Part shown: in pieces, positions 11,288 through 24,368 of the stretch
Layout: each line of letters begins with the position of its first letter
Position numbering within the stretch: the stretch's first letter is position 1
Notes under the pieces: model-generated
What the model saw: the letters and a program-made list of their open reading frames with translations, nothing else
Databases searched by the model: none
What the model was told of the DNA's origin: nothing
Made by a program: the position numbers and the translations under genes
From: Vitrella brassicaformis CCMP3155
Taxonomy: Eukaryota > Protista > Chromerida
Length of the DNA stretch: 33,966 nt
Reading direction: 5' to 3'
Assembly: GCA_001179505.1 (NCBI GenBank)
Contig: CDMY01000667.1
Span: 1 to 33,966, forward strand

Positions 11288-13072
11288 TCAGGTGCCCATG
11301 TCCTCTTCAAGTTCGTCCTCGTCGTCGTCTCTACCGCCCTTCTTGTCCTTCTTGGCGGCGATGCCCAGCAAGGCGGCCCGCTCCTCATCTCGCTCACGCA
11401 TGGCCGCCTCCTCCGCCTCATCGTCGTCATCGATGCCCTGACCCGCCGATCCACCTACGCCCTTCTCCGCACTGCTGGCATAGGCCACAGAGAAGTCCAC
11501 CGATGACCAGTCGCGCCACATGCCGTCGACGGGGTCGTTGCTCGACGTCACCTGACGCACCTCCACAGGATTGCCCTCTGATATAAAACCCTGCACAGAC
11601 GGATGGATGGATGGAAGACACACGTGCGGACATGAGAGTGCGTGTGTGTGTTCGGCTCCCCCCTCTCTCCCGTCCCTTGTTTACTTGTCTGATCCACTCC
11701 ATGATGCTCTCGGATGTGAACGGGCCGTAGAGCTGCCCGCTGTCCGGTACTGAGGGGGTGGCAGATGACGCGGATGGCTGCGCTGCTCCGGGCGCGGAAG
11801 GCTTCTTCCACCTGATGATTGATTGATTTGATTGAAAGCAACCATGGAATCGGGGTCATGCAGGTACTTTGCCCGAGTGTGCGCCTTTTACCTGTATTGC
11901 CAATAGAGCAGCTCGCGGTCCTCAGATGAGCCGACAGGCCCACCACCTACAAGCACCACCACGAGATCAAAGGCAAACCACAAAAGCACCAGACATGGTG
12001 GTTGGGTCAGGCAGCGGTGGGTGTGATAGATGATGAACATGAAGGGCTTTATGTACCTGCCGCTGGTCTCCTCTGCCCACGTCCCTGGCTGTGCTTCTTG
12101 AGCGCCTCCTCGATCTCCTCACGGGTCATGAAATACGCATCTGATGATCCACACACAACCATCATACACACTTTAGTCCCTTCGTTCCTCACTTTTCTGC
12201 CTGTCTGTCTGTCTGTCTGCCTGTGTGGCTCCCTACTGCTTCCTTCGGCCATGAGCCCATCGCAGAGCTCCGTCACGCGGTTGAAGGTGGCTACCTCCTC
12301 GTCGGTCATCCGGTGCTCCTTGCCGCCCTCCCTCTCCGTGCTGCCCCTCCCACCCTTCTTGTTGCGCCCCTTGACGATCCCTGGAATCCCGCCCCCGCCA
12401 CCTTTCGTGGTCTCCCCGCCGGCCTTGATGCGTCTGAGGGCTGCGGTGGGTGTCTCACCCGGTTGCAGCACCTGTATGAGGGCGGCGAGGGATGTGGGTA
12501 CGTCCACCTGGATGACCTCTGCGTCACGATTCATACGCTGCATCACCGCCCGCCGCTCATCGTCGTTCTAGCAGTGAATGGTACGATGAATGAATGCATA
12601 CCATCGGGTGTGGTGCATAGTGTTTGCCTACCTTGAATGTGGTCGATGCGGCGCCTCCATCGACGGAGTCGAGCCACGAGTCCTTGAAGTCCTCCTCCTG
12701 CTTCTTGCGGTCGACGAAGAGGAAGTTGCCCTCCTCGTCGATGTTGCCCTCCTCCATCTCCTGACGCATGTTGAACGGCTCAAACTTGACGCCCTCCTCA
12801 TTCACCTGCAAACACGCACACAGAGCACACCCACATGATGCGGTGCTCTGTGTGGGCTGTTCTGCGTCTGGCTGACTGACTTGCACATCAGGGTCCGCCT
12901 CCTCGAGGTTGCCGGTGGTATCCAGCTCGTCGGTTACGACGCCGGCGGCCTTTTGCTTCTTCCGAGATCTTATCTCATCGACAGTGTCCCTGTCAAACTG
13001 CCAATCCAGCTCCGCCCCGTCATCACCTTTGAGATCTCGCTCAATGTCGGCCCCGCGCTTGCCGCTAGACAT
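11288..13072 (-). CDS. CD2BP2: CD2BP2 / U5-52K / Lin1 homologue (U5 snRNP-associated GYF-domain protein)
   Basis: Conserved blocks EPFNMRQEMEEGNIDEEGNF, DSWLDSV, LQPGETPTAALRRI, FNRVTELCDGLMAEG.NAYFMTRE. The spliced C-terminal GYF domain reads YWQYRW...LYGPFTSESIMEWIRQGFI...WRDWSSVDF. Splice phases are consistent. Confidence 0.9.
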
Positions 13073-13193
13073 GCTCAACAGAAGGGAGGGAGAAAGTGAT
13101 GGCAGGAAGCGATCGTTCTGCAAGCTCAGCGCACAGACCTCCAGTGAATTTCGTTTCGTGTGGAAGATCTGAAGCCTGAAGCGCATTTGTGTG
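13073..13193. promoter_or_regulatory. Very compact putative bidirectional promoter, CD2BP2 / RIC1
   Basis: Only 121 bp separate the divergent ATGs (13072 minus, 13194 plus). Confidence 0.5.
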
Positions 13194-16100
13194 ATGCTGA
13201 CGACTTTCGGTCCTCCCAAGCAGTACTGCTTCGGCCACCGCGAGCCCATCCAGAGCCTCAGTGTGTCGCCATGCGGCCGCTACCTCGCCGCCATTTCCCC
13301 GTCGTCGGTGGCTCTGTGGAGCAACGAACAACACCGGGTGCTGCTGTCCTTCACCAAGCGCGAGACAACCCAGACGAGCGCCGACACGCAGTCGTCAAAA
13401 GCCGACATCTTCGGGTCTCATCACATGGCCGTGTGGTCGCCGTCTTCGTCTCACCTGTTCGTGTCGACGGTACCGGGCCGCAGCTTGTGCGTCTATCGCA
13501 TCTTGGCGACCCGCAGGGGCCATGAGGGAGAGGGGGATGAGTCGGAGGGGCTGCTGGATGCGGCGGATGAGACTACCCCCCGTTTCCAGTCGCGGCCGTA
13601 CATGGTGGTGCAGCAGCCGCCCACCCATTGCGGCACGCGCATCGAGCTGCACATGGTGCTCAATCTGCCCGTGTTGGTCAGCTGGATGGCCGCTAGCCCA
13701 CGCTATCTCATCGCCGCTTGCCGCAAGCAGCCAGCCATCTTCCTCCTGGACTACTCCGACTGTCGCTCTCTCAGCCACATCGTATACCTCACCCCATTCC
13801 TCACCGACACCGCCCTGGGCGCCACAACCCCACACCCACACCACGGTGGGCATCATGACCCCACTGTGGGCGGCACACCCACTCCTGCCGCCAACGTGAC
13901 GCCTTCCAGCACCACCCGGTCGGCCTTCAGGCCCTTTGACCCACCGGCGCACGGCGAGGCGCTGTATGATCCGGATGGCGCTGAGTGTCTCAAGAGGCAC
14001 CTGGAGAACGTCCAGCAGAGCCGCACCACACCCATGCTCAAGAGCGACGTCGAGGCGTACCCCCCGCCCTTCGGCTCGCCCCTCCCCTTCTCGACTGCAC
14101 CACCGCAGGCAGACCAGGACCACCCCCCCACCAATGGGTTGCCATCGCACCCCAAGGGCCATAGAAGGTCGTCTTACGGCGGTGAGGCCGTCGCGTCGCC
14201 ACCGACGGGCATCCACCACATCAGTGTCGACACGCGGCTGGACTTGGTGGGGGTGGTCCTCAACAGCGGGGCGGCGATGGTGTTTGCGTGGAAGAAGCCC
14301 TTCCTCTACCCAGGCAGGCGGCGAAACAATGACGACTGGCGAGCGGCGCTGCTCAGAGGGGGCAAGGGCGGGCTGGGTGTCATTGTGAGGGCTACTGGCG
14401 CCACTCAAATCGAGTTCAACGCCGCCCAGAACATGATGGCCGTGGCGCTCGCCAGCGGCGTGGTGGAATTGATCGACATTCCCAAACTGCGGGAGTGCAC
14501 CCTTGAGCGGGCGACGTCAGGGCGTGATACTACCCCGCCCCCCACGTCGTTGCCGGCGTATGTGGTGCGTCAGCTGAATGTGGCCGAGGCGATAGGGCTG
14601 GACGTGCAAGTGAGCGAGATGGGCGGCGTGGTGACCATGCAGTGGTCCAGTGACGGCAGGGCACTCGTGGTGGGCTATCGCAGGGTGGGATGGGCTATCT
14701 TCTCATACCTTGGTACAGACAGACAGACAGACAGGCAGACAGACAGACAATGAGAAGGACGCCTACAGCCAGGATTCCTGGGTGCTTATTTCGGTCCGTC
14801 TGTGTGTGTGCAGGCAAGCCCCTGGCGGCCCCGTTCCGCCGCCCCGAGGGCAAGGGCCCTTCGGCCCCCTTCCCCTCATCGCAGAGGGCTTCCCCAGCGT
14901 CCTACCTCCAATACACCCGGCGCACGTCGTACGCCTACTCGTTCCCGTATGGCTATGCCACTCCCGAACTGCAGCCCTCCCCGCCCCCGGCACATGCCAT
15001 GGGCACCCCCAGCGCGGCCGTCCTGCCGCCCCTCAGCCAGAGCGCATCGGCCACGCCCACTCACGGGGGCAGCGCATACCACCGGGCCATATCCACTCAG
15101 TCCATCCTGAGCAGCTGGTCGCGGGGCGTCCAGGGGCGCGCACTGTGCTGGGGCAGCCACGGCATGGCCGTCCTGGTGGCCTACCAGGGCGAGGACGGCG
15201 TCCTCTATGAGTTCGACATCTTCCGGAGCGCCGACTGGGCGCCACTCGTGTCACTGTCGCCGCAGGCGTTCGTCATTGGGCATGGGCAGCGGCAGAAGAG
15301 GGGGCTGGCGGAGGGGTGGAGCGCCAAGAGGACCTATGCACCCATCCCGCCGCAGTCGCTGTCTGGGGCATGCTGCTCTGCCGACCTCAACCACATGTGA
15401 GAACTTCACCACATAACGCTTGTTCTGCACGTACATCCATATGCGTGGATTTATTGTACTTGCACCGCATTGTGTTGTATGTACGTGTTGATATGAATGC
15501 AATGGATGCAGGGTGCTGGTCGGTCCCCACCGCTTCCTGGTGTGCGAGGCGCTGCCGTGGGAGCCGTCCCACCCCCAGTGGACGTCCATCCCCCTCCCAC
15601 CCGCACTGTACACCTGCCCCAACTGGCCCCTACAACTCGCCGCCATCAGCCCCGACGCTGACTGGTTCCTCGCCGCTGGCAGACGGGGCGCCGCGGTCTA
15701 CCACATGAAGACCAGAAGATGGCAGCTATTCGGCAATGTCCAGCACGAGGCCGCCCTCAAAACCATCGGCCTGGCCTGGTACGACTCCCGGACATTCTTC
15801 CTCACCTACGCGCAAGACTCGTCGACAGCCGCTGAGATGCAGCGGGGCGCGTCATCGGGCGACGTCAGCGCGCCGCAGACCCCGGCGGCCAACCCCCCCT
15901 CCCCATCTGCCACTGCCCCCGTGACGTACTCGATTGTCTTTCTAGACCCGTCGCTGCGTCTGGACCTGGACCTTGCAGTGGCCAAGATAGAGGACCTCCA
16001 CTACATGCCGCTGCGCGTGGCCCTGCTCGACCCCACACACCGACTGGTGCCCTCAATGAACCTCAGCAAACGCCTCGGCGGCGGGTCGGCGCGGCGGCAG

Positions 16101-19100
16101 TCCGCAACCGGCAGCAGCGCCCCACCACGCGGTCCCCTGTTGCCGAGGCTCCCGAGGGACGATGAGAGCGCCTCCCCCGTGTCTCGACGGACTCCCCTGC
16201 TGGCCGTCTATGACGAGAATTACGAGGTGACGGCCTACCGGCTGATGGCCTTCGCAGACTCTGTCACATCCGATTGGCTGGGCGGTGGGCTGTCGCGTGC
16301 CAAGACCAGGAGCCTGACGGTGGCGACGCTCTGGAAGGTGGACTTCAAGGCCCTCATGTGGATCGACCACCCGCTGAGCGTGCGGTTCCTGGTGGACCAA
16401 AACCACTTCCTCATCCATCATGCGGGCGGCGATGTCACGGTCGTTCATCTGCGGGTGGGGGTGGGCCAGGGCGATGGCGAGCCGGACGAAGACGACGAAG
16501 GAGGTGAGAAGGCCCTCACAAAACCGCACTTTGTTCCCAGTATCTGTTTCTGCTCTGACTGGTTCAGGTGTCGCGACAGGGCCTCTGTGCATTCCGGAGG
16601 AGTCGGCCCCTCTGGTGCGTGACGTCGACTCTCTCTGGACCGGCCCGGCCGGCCAGCTGCCAGAGTTCTGCCCCCTGCCTTTCCGCCAGCGCCGGTCCCC
16701 CTCACCGCCGGCGACCCGTAACAACAACAGTAACAGCAGGCCCCCTGCATCCCCAGCCCCACCTGCCCAGGATGACGTCGGCACACCCCTTCGTCTGGCG
16801 GCCATCTCGCTGCCTGCCAAACAGGACAACCAAGACAGTGACCTCTCACCGTCCATTGCCCCAGACACGCCGTCTTCACGGGTGGAAGTGGCTGCTGCCC
16901 AGCCGAAAGCAGCGGCAGCACCACCGGCATCAATTGACAACAGCAACAAGCCTCCTGTTGCGGGCACGAGTGTCGCCGGTGGTGGTCGCGTCAATATGAC
17001 TGAGGCGAGGAGGATCCAGTTGGACCACCAGGACAGCATCGATGGTCTCCTGCAGCCGTCTGGGTCGTCGATCAGTCTGGGTGGCAGCAGTGGGCCGGAG
17101 GGTTTTGTGCCGCGGCGAGTGGAGAAGTTTGGTGGCTGGGTGGCGGAGATCGTCCCCGATGACATTGCTGCAGGCGAGACGGAACTCGACTACAACACTA
17201 TCACAGGTGCGCTCGGGACCTGCCCGTTCATAATAACTGAATGAATGCATCGTCTATCCGTCCATCCTCTGCCTGTCGCCTGTGTGCCATGCAGTTTATT
17301 CGACGCAAGAGGAGGGCATCAACAGGACTGTGCAGCGGTACACTCTCATGCCTCTGCCACAGCCGGGCGTCGTCACGCTCTCGTCCAAAGCATCACCCCC
17401 ACCCTCATCGGTCTCACGCTCGCAAGGTGGTGCCCCCCACCACCATCCCCAGTCGTGGTGGTTTCCCTCCCTGGGCCTCTCGAAGCCCAAACCGGACGCA
17501 TCCACGGACCTGTCCGACCGGGAGAGCAGCAGCGTGCCGCCCCCGTCACCGTCGCCAACACCGCCCCCGTCACGGGCGCAGCTGACGGCCGTGAGTAGTG
17601 AGACGGACGGTGGGACGGCAGTTGCAGAAGATGACAATAACGAGACGGGGACGGGTCGCAAGGGCTCAGTGGACAGGAAGGGCGGTCAGTGGCAGGTGGA
17701 GCCGCGAGGAGAGGAAGCCACGGGGGGCAAGAGGTGCGACGAGAGCAACAGGCGAGGCAGCATCGTGGAAGCCATCAAAGCCAAGGGCACCAACGCACAA
17801 CCGAGTCCATCCTTCTTCGCTCTCCAACGGTAAAGACACGATGCATACTAGCTACACCACTCCTCCGTGCGACCAGTTCCCATTTCTCCCCACCCATTCC
17901 ATCCTATGTTGCCGGTGCATTTATTTCTGGTGTGCACAGTCGCGGCATCAGTGGGTCCGATTTGGGTCTGCTGTACAGCGACTTGCGTTACGGGTCGGCC
18001 GACAGGGGCACCGTGGCGGGCGGCATACACGACGTCAAGTACTACGAGAAGCAGGCCGAGGACTACCGCACGCTGCTCAGGTCCCAGCACCAGCGCATGA
18101 AAGAGCAGTACGACACGCAACACAGGAGCCACGAGCTGCAAGGTCACTGAGGGGTGAAAGGTTTGGCTTGCTCCATTCCGTCCATCACGCATCTCTCTGT
18201 GTGTCTGATTAGGCCCCCAAGCCGACCTCGACACGTGTCGTGGCGGCATTTACGTGTGGTGCCAGAATACAGAGGGGCTGCAGCTCATCACCGTGGCCGC
18301 CAGCATGAGGAACAAAAAGCCTGCAGCTGGTGGCCAGCAGGGCCACGATGACAGCGCTGCACCGACACCACCACCAGCAACAGATGATGGTGTGAGGGAC
18401 TCGGTGGATCCGCTGGAGTATCGGACAGCCTCGCTGCTGCCCATCGACCAGAGGCCGCATCCCGTCAAGCTGCTCGCCGTGCTGCCACAGGTGTGTAAGC
18501 TGTATGCAAGGGTGGCTGTAGATCGGTTCATCTGTCTGTGTGTCTGTCTGTCTGTCCATCTGGGCGTCTGTGTTGTCTAAAGGTTGGTGTGCTGCTGGCG
18601 TGTTCGCCGGCCAACACGTTTCCCACGTCGCCCACTGCAGTGCCATCGACGTCGCTGCAGCTGCAGTTCCAGCCCTTCCTGCACCCACTCCTCAAAGTCT
18701 TCCTCGCCACCGCACCGCCACTGGTGTGTATACACAGATAGACAGACATGACCGCTTCGGCACCGCATTGACGCTGTCTGCCCGTGTTGGCCAACCATCG
18801 CCTCTCTCTCTGTCTGTGCCTGTCCTGTCAGGCCAGCACAGTGGAAGTGCCGTCGCCATCCTTCCAGGTGGCCGAGCGGCTGCTGGGCTTCCTCGAACCC
18901 ACCAACGCATTCAAGCCGACGCTCGAGCTCCTCTTCCACGACATCCTCGAGGAGGCCATACCAATATACTCATCCCACCACCGCAAGACGCAGACACGCA
19001 TACAAACCACACTGGCATTCCCCCAGCAACAGCAGCAGCAGCAGGAGCGGGATGCCGCACCCGACAGTTCTCCCCGCCGGTCGGTGTCATCTCATGTGAT

Positions 19101-20820
19101 GCAGCTTGGGTCGCCTCTCTTGCCGTCGCGGGGAGGGGTTGGTGAGATTATGGATGACGCCTCGCCGAGGGGTAATGGGTATGCGCTGGTCAGCGGTGGG
19201 TGGAAGGTGCGGCCCACGTCCATACTCAAGATGTGCTGCAAGACGTCGAGTGTCTTCATCATGGTGGAGGTGGCACTGACTCTGCTCAAGCGCTTCGACA
19301 CGGTCATGCCCGAAGTGCTGATCGCGCTGATCCGCAAGACGGAGCCCTTCACGACGCCCCTGATCCTCTTCCCACTGGGAGGCGTCCACCCACACCACCT
19401 CTTCTCCCTGTGCGTCGAGCGACATCAGCTCTCCGTCGCCTCCCTCTATCTGGTTGTCCTCCAGAACCTCGTCGGCCCCCTGCGGGTGCGCGCCGACTAC
19501 GCCCTCCGGCTCTTCGAGAAGGCCCTGCACAACAGCGCATTCACCCTCGCCAAGAACATCCTACATTTCTTCCGATCGCTGTTCGTCCACTCGTCACCAG
19601 TCTCGGCCACCCACGCCCCCGACGCCGTAGAGAGCCAGCAGCACAGCGACGACGAGACCCTGACGGACATCATCGACACGTCCGGCGGCGAGGCCCTCAC
19701 GAATCGGTCGACAGCTGTGACGACACAGGTGACAGAGGGCGCCGGTAGAGGCAACCATGGCGGCCATGCGGACACCTCTGAGGCGCCATCCCCGTCCTTG
19801 TCAGCGCCCGACCAGGGAAGTGCCATAGTGGCAGACCTGCCGCCACTGGCGAGGGCCAGGACGGCCAAGGCCCCCCACGCACCAGCTATCACAGCCATCC
19901 ACCACTCACAGCGGCTGTGGCGGCCAGTGCGTGACGAGCAGGCCGCCCCGCCGGTCGTGGCGGCCGACTCGGACGGCATCGACAGGTATGCGGCAGCGCG
20001 CGTCTTCGTGCAGTTCCAGAGTGTGCTGAGCGATTTCCTGGCCGAGTCACTGATCCAATTGCAGTGGCTCCGTGTCTTGTCGGCCGTCGTGACGCTGCGG
20101 CTGGACCTGCTCCAGTGGCTCATGTATCCTCGGCTCCGCAGGCACCTGGGACATCTCATCTCGATCAGTGGTGGCGGTACAGGCGCGGTGGGAAAGCAGT
20201 CGCAGACACAGGGCAGCAGTGACGACGAGATCGAGGCGGGGTTCGTGCGCAGCCAGCTAGAGTGGCTCGCCGAGGTGGCCACTGCCCTCGTCGCGCAATT
20301 TCAGCTGTCTGGCCGTGTGGTGCGACTGCATCTCAAGGGCAACAGGGCCCCAGGATTATGCCACACCAGCCACAAACACGAAGAGCAAGCCACCGACGCA
20401 GCGGAAACGTCAGCATCATCGTGCCTGCCAGGCCACTTCTACTACCCGAGCGACTGCGCGTTGCAGTACCTGCTGCATGTTTGCTGGGAGGGGCTGCCAG
20501 TGGCGGCGCTGCTCATCTGCCACTGCTCAGACGCGTCGATGGGCGGAGTGGGCGACAAGTGGGAGAGCGGCGTCTCCGAGGGCAGTCGCCTGCTCCTCAG
20601 CAGCCACACCAGGCTGAGAGGCGCTCTGCGCAACCTCATGACGCGTGTGCGTCGGGTGTGTTGTGGTGTGGGTCATGCAGTGAATGACGGAGGCGATGTG
20701 GCTGAGGGAGGGAGAGGAGAGGAGGGGCATGAGAGTAGCAATTATGTGTCAAAGGGGCGGCTGCACCTGTCGCATCAGGCATTGGCTGTGTTGAGCTGGC
20801 TGGAGAAGGCGCTGGCGTAG
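13194..20820 (+). CDS. RIC1: RIC1 (Rab6/Ypt6 GEF complex subunit), 9 exons, ~2292 aa
   Basis: Exons 13194-14712, 14814-15396, 15512-16503, 16568-17206, 17295-17829, 17940-18142, 18213-18490, 18583-18723 and 18832-20820 sum to 6879 nt in frame. The N-terminus FGPPKQY resembles the RIC1 GWPK start. Motifs include LQWSSDGRALVVG, NWPLQLAAISPDADWFLAAGRRGAAVYHMKTRRWQLFGNVQHE, LHPLLKVFL and RKTEPF...LFSLCVERHQLSVASLYLVVLQ. Confidence 0.9.
14715..14749. repeat. (GACA)n microsatellite at the 5' end of RIC1 intron 1
   Basis: ACAGACAGACAG... starts immediately after the GT donor; similar tracts occur in many introns of the window. Confidence 0.9.
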
Positions 20821-21777
20821 AGAGACGTAGGTATGTATGCAGATGTGGGGAGAAGCCTATCTGCGGAGACGCAGGGCATAGAGCATAGGTGTGACAAGCG
20901 ATCAAGACCCTCGTATTGTCAACATACATTTCCATCCTATTCGCTCACATTCGCCGGCCCCCTACCACTCTTCATAACTCTGTCTGACTGTCTCCAGTCA
21001 CAATGACACATGATACAATTATAAGAATGGTGTGGCTGCATGTCTGTATAGTACCGGCCAGTCGCACGGAGGCCTGCACTTCACCACGTTGAAAGCTCCT
21101 CCCTTGACAGAGCCGTTTTCAATATTTTAAAGCGATTTGTGGCACACAGGAAGCATCCATCCGTCTGTCCATGCGTTCATCCGTCCATCCATCAGCTAGA
21201 ACACAAAAAGCATACATACATGCATACATACATAAACAATGCCGGCAGACACACCACACACATACATGAGACACAACACATACAGCCAGACAGAAAGGCA
21301 GGCACATATCAAGCCATCCATCCGTCCAAAATCCAAACCGCCGTTCTTTGGATTTTGGAACGAGGGAGAAGCCTTCTACGAGGGTGGACACGGCACTGGT
21401 TACTTCGTGAGTGATGCTTGGCATATGCGGTGAGATGTGTGGCTGCCTGCATGTGATGTCTGTGACTAAACATGTTTCCAATCCGGGCTCGACAATTGCT
21501 CGTGCAATTGCCTTAAGCGGCGATTCCAAGCAAGTATGTCTGATACATCTCGTCGCGGTAGTTTGCACTGTGTGTGGGCTCTTGGAAAGGCGTGCATTAG
21601 CGTGAGACATGTTTTCGAGCGTCATCCTCTTCCCTTGCGCCATGCATGTGCTTCCACTCCACCTGAAAGAGGTGCCTGAGTACCTTCCTGTGTGCTCTCC
21701 TGTCGTTATTCTCCTGAAGGTAAGCAAGGCCAGTGCCGGAGAATAACACACTGTCAAAAAATGACTGAGGAGGCGTT

Positions 21778-22191
21778 GTGAACGCCTGGACGCACAGTGT
21801 GGGATGGGTGTTCATCACCTCTGTACTTGGCAAGTACTGTCACTTCCGCATCCTCTCAGCCACCGAGGAGGCAGTGAAGGATGCCATTTGTGAGGCCACT
21901 ATTTGGAGGGACCAGAAACGGGAGCGCATCGGTTGGGACGGCACGGACATGTCAGATTACACGTTCGCCAGCCGAGAGGGGGCCGAAGAGGCGAAGGCGG
22001 CGGTGCACACGCGTCTGGACCTTTTGCCCCCTCAAGACGAGGAAGGCTGGCCGGACAGGAAGCACTTGCCTGTTAAATCGCGAGAGACGCATATGATTCA
22101 GTCGCCGGTAGGGTCTACGTTCTGTGTCCACAAATTCGTCAAGAGTTTCCCAGTGTTGTCAGCTGACAGATGTCTCTATGATGGTTGTTGA
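21778..22191 (+). CDS. Probable coding exon(s) of an unresolved hypothetical gene
   Basis: The ORF has protein-like composition (ATEEAVKDAICEATIWRDQKRERIGWDG...), an internal pyrimidine-CAG acceptor and a GTAGGG donor. Further exon-like pieces follow. No full model or motif was obtained. Confidence 0.3.
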   Translation: MNAWTHSVGWVFITSVLGKYCHFRILSATEEAVKDAICEATIWRDQKRERIGWDGTDMSDYTFASREGAEEAKAAVHTRLDLLPPQDEEGWPDRKHLPVKSRETHMIQSPVGSTFCVHKFVKSFPVLSADRCLYDGC

Positions 22192-22441
22192 GTATGGGGA
22201 GTGGGTCAGAGAGGAGGTGAGTTCAATGGAGAGGATGAGGGCGCTGATGAGTGTGTGGCTATGCGTACGAGGGTAGACAGAGGAGTGCGGGACAGAAGAG
22301 AAAGAGGGAGGATGTGGTCGACGCGTCGTCGTCCTCGTCCGTCCAGGTGCCCTCGTCCGTCCAGGTTCTGGGGGTCGTGAATTTACCGGGATCTATCCCT
22401 AGAAGATCTTTTGCCGCCAAGGTTCCATCTCCGTACGTCAG

Positions 22442-24368
22442 ATGCGTCTTGTCGCTGTGGTCCTCGTTCTGATAGGCCTCTCGTCGGCGGAGTATCTATG
22501 TCCACCCCTTCCCCATGCAACCAACACCGGGCGCCCTCACAAGGCGTCCTTCCTGAGCACAGAGTGGGCCCTGCACCAGAACACCTTCACCTGCAACACA
22601 ACAGACGACGGTCAGGCACAACAGACTACCGTGAGTTTTCATGGCGGTCTGTCACCCGAGCAGGCGATGAGGCGTTTGTGCCCAAGACCGGCCTTTGCCG
22701 CAGCCAAGGTGCAGACACCGAAGCTCCCGCTCGCGTTTGTCTGACAAATAGCCCCCTTCTCGGAGCTGACGATGATGACGATTACCGACGCCTGAACTCG
22801 GCGACGGATAAGACCGCCTGCGAGAAACGTCGGTGCTGTTTCCAGAGGCGTCCAGTTGACAACGAGCAGTGTTTCTTCTCGCGTGAGAAACCAAATGACA
22901 GAAGTACTCGGGATTCCGATGCTTTCTCTCGATTTTCAGAGTGCCCGCCCTTTCTCCAGCAACAGAACAACAAGGGGCTGACGTATCCTCGAGACCTCGC
23001 CCTGACGTGTCCAGACAGGCATGATTTGTTTTCTCCACTGTGTACAATAATCCTTTGTGTGTGTGTTTGGCGCAATGTGAGGAAGGTGAAGGGCGGGTTT
23101 GTTGATCTACTGTCACCTCTCGTCAAGGTTCCCTTCTGGCGGGTGCCGAAATTCCCTTCTCGACCGCCACAGCCCATCAAAGACACGGGCGACAGACGAG
23201 TTATCCACTTCGGCCCCCATCTCAAGCGCCTGCCTGGATTCATCGACAAGAAGGAGGGGTCGGGGGGGTCTGATACCCGGTGTGACAGATCCCTAATCTC
23301 GGATGAGTTGACGTCTGGGACGAGTAATGAAGAGTTGGATGCAGTTGTAGTGCGATTTCCATGGCTTGTCAAAACCAAGGCGCGGCATCATTCCTTCTCC
23401 CAAACGATTCACGCTCGTAACAAGAAGGATGATGACGATGATCGTGACGATGACCGTGACGATGACCATAACCTTCGAGACTTGCGAGAGGTCTAATATA
23501 ACGTACCAAAGAGCTCAGATGTTCACCAGGTCTCATTATCTGATCAGGTCTTGAAGCATAAGTTGAGAGGCAAGAATTCCGCCAATACGTACGTTGTGGA
23601 CTTTGAGTGGGAGATATTCGTTCCGCCCCCACCACACAACACTCAGGAGGTGAGCTATACTAAACCAGTGGCGCTGACATCACGTCCTCTCGTTGTTTCG
23701 TCAGTTTGTGGATTCTGTGATCTTCGGTATTAATTATGGGGTTGAGAGGAAATACTGACTTGATATTCTGTGTGCTGCAGGGCTCAACGGCCGGGAGTGT
23801 TGCACAGGTGAGACAATTTTCTTCTGATGAAACTCTTTCGCATTTGTGTGTCGTTATCTTTTCTCAGGGACGTGTCCAACGACTGGGTTTTTTCCGCCTT
23901 TGGACGGATTCAGTGTATTCTACAAGGAGCTGTCTGCATCTGTTCCAGACCCCTACCCATCTGTCAATGTTGCTAAGTGCTGGTATGTCACCGAGAGCCC
24001 CATTTGACACAGATGTACTCATGGTCGGTCTCCCTTTGCGCAGCGAAGACTGGGACAGCTTCACATTCAACCAAGAGCAATATGGCAAGGGTCGCCGGTA
24101 AGAGTTTTCCGAACACAAACCCGCGATAATTTACTGTGTCTAGTCATTGTCATTGCCTCTGTCTGTATGTCCCCACGAAAGGTTTTTTTGGGTTGGCGTC
24201 ATTGGCAACAAGAGCGGAAAGGTGGAGGTCAGAGGCAGGGCGTACAAGCGTCGGTTCGACGAGGAGTCTATCTTCTTCTCCTGCTCGTCGTTCGGGGCTC
24301 CGGCCAACAATGCCACATGTCCGGCCTTTGAGGCGCCGCCAGATTTTAATCCGGACGATTTCAATTAA
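22442..24368 (+). CDS. Gene A: secreted Cys-rich protein with a trefoil (P-type)-like module, 10 exons
   Basis: Signal peptide MRLVAVVLVLIGLSSA. Exons 22442-22610, 22664-22882, 22940-23018, ~23082-23490, 23548-23649, 23705-23726, 23781-23807, 23868-23982, 24044-24097 and 24182-24368. The Cys pattern is C...RVC...C-x4-CCF-x9-CFF, with Asp-rich tracts. It is collinear with gene B throughout. Confidence 0.8.

Noticed and set aside
13215-13234. PKQYC appearing in ORFs on both strands, suggesting an overlapping duplicated gene
   Set aside because: It is simply a 14-bp palindrome. The minus-strand upstream extension of the CD2BP2 ORF has no sign of real coding.
21119-21833. Minus-strand ORFs downstream of RIC1 as a gene or transposase
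   Set aside because: They are partly microsatellite-derived, have no consistent splice chain and show no transposase motif.
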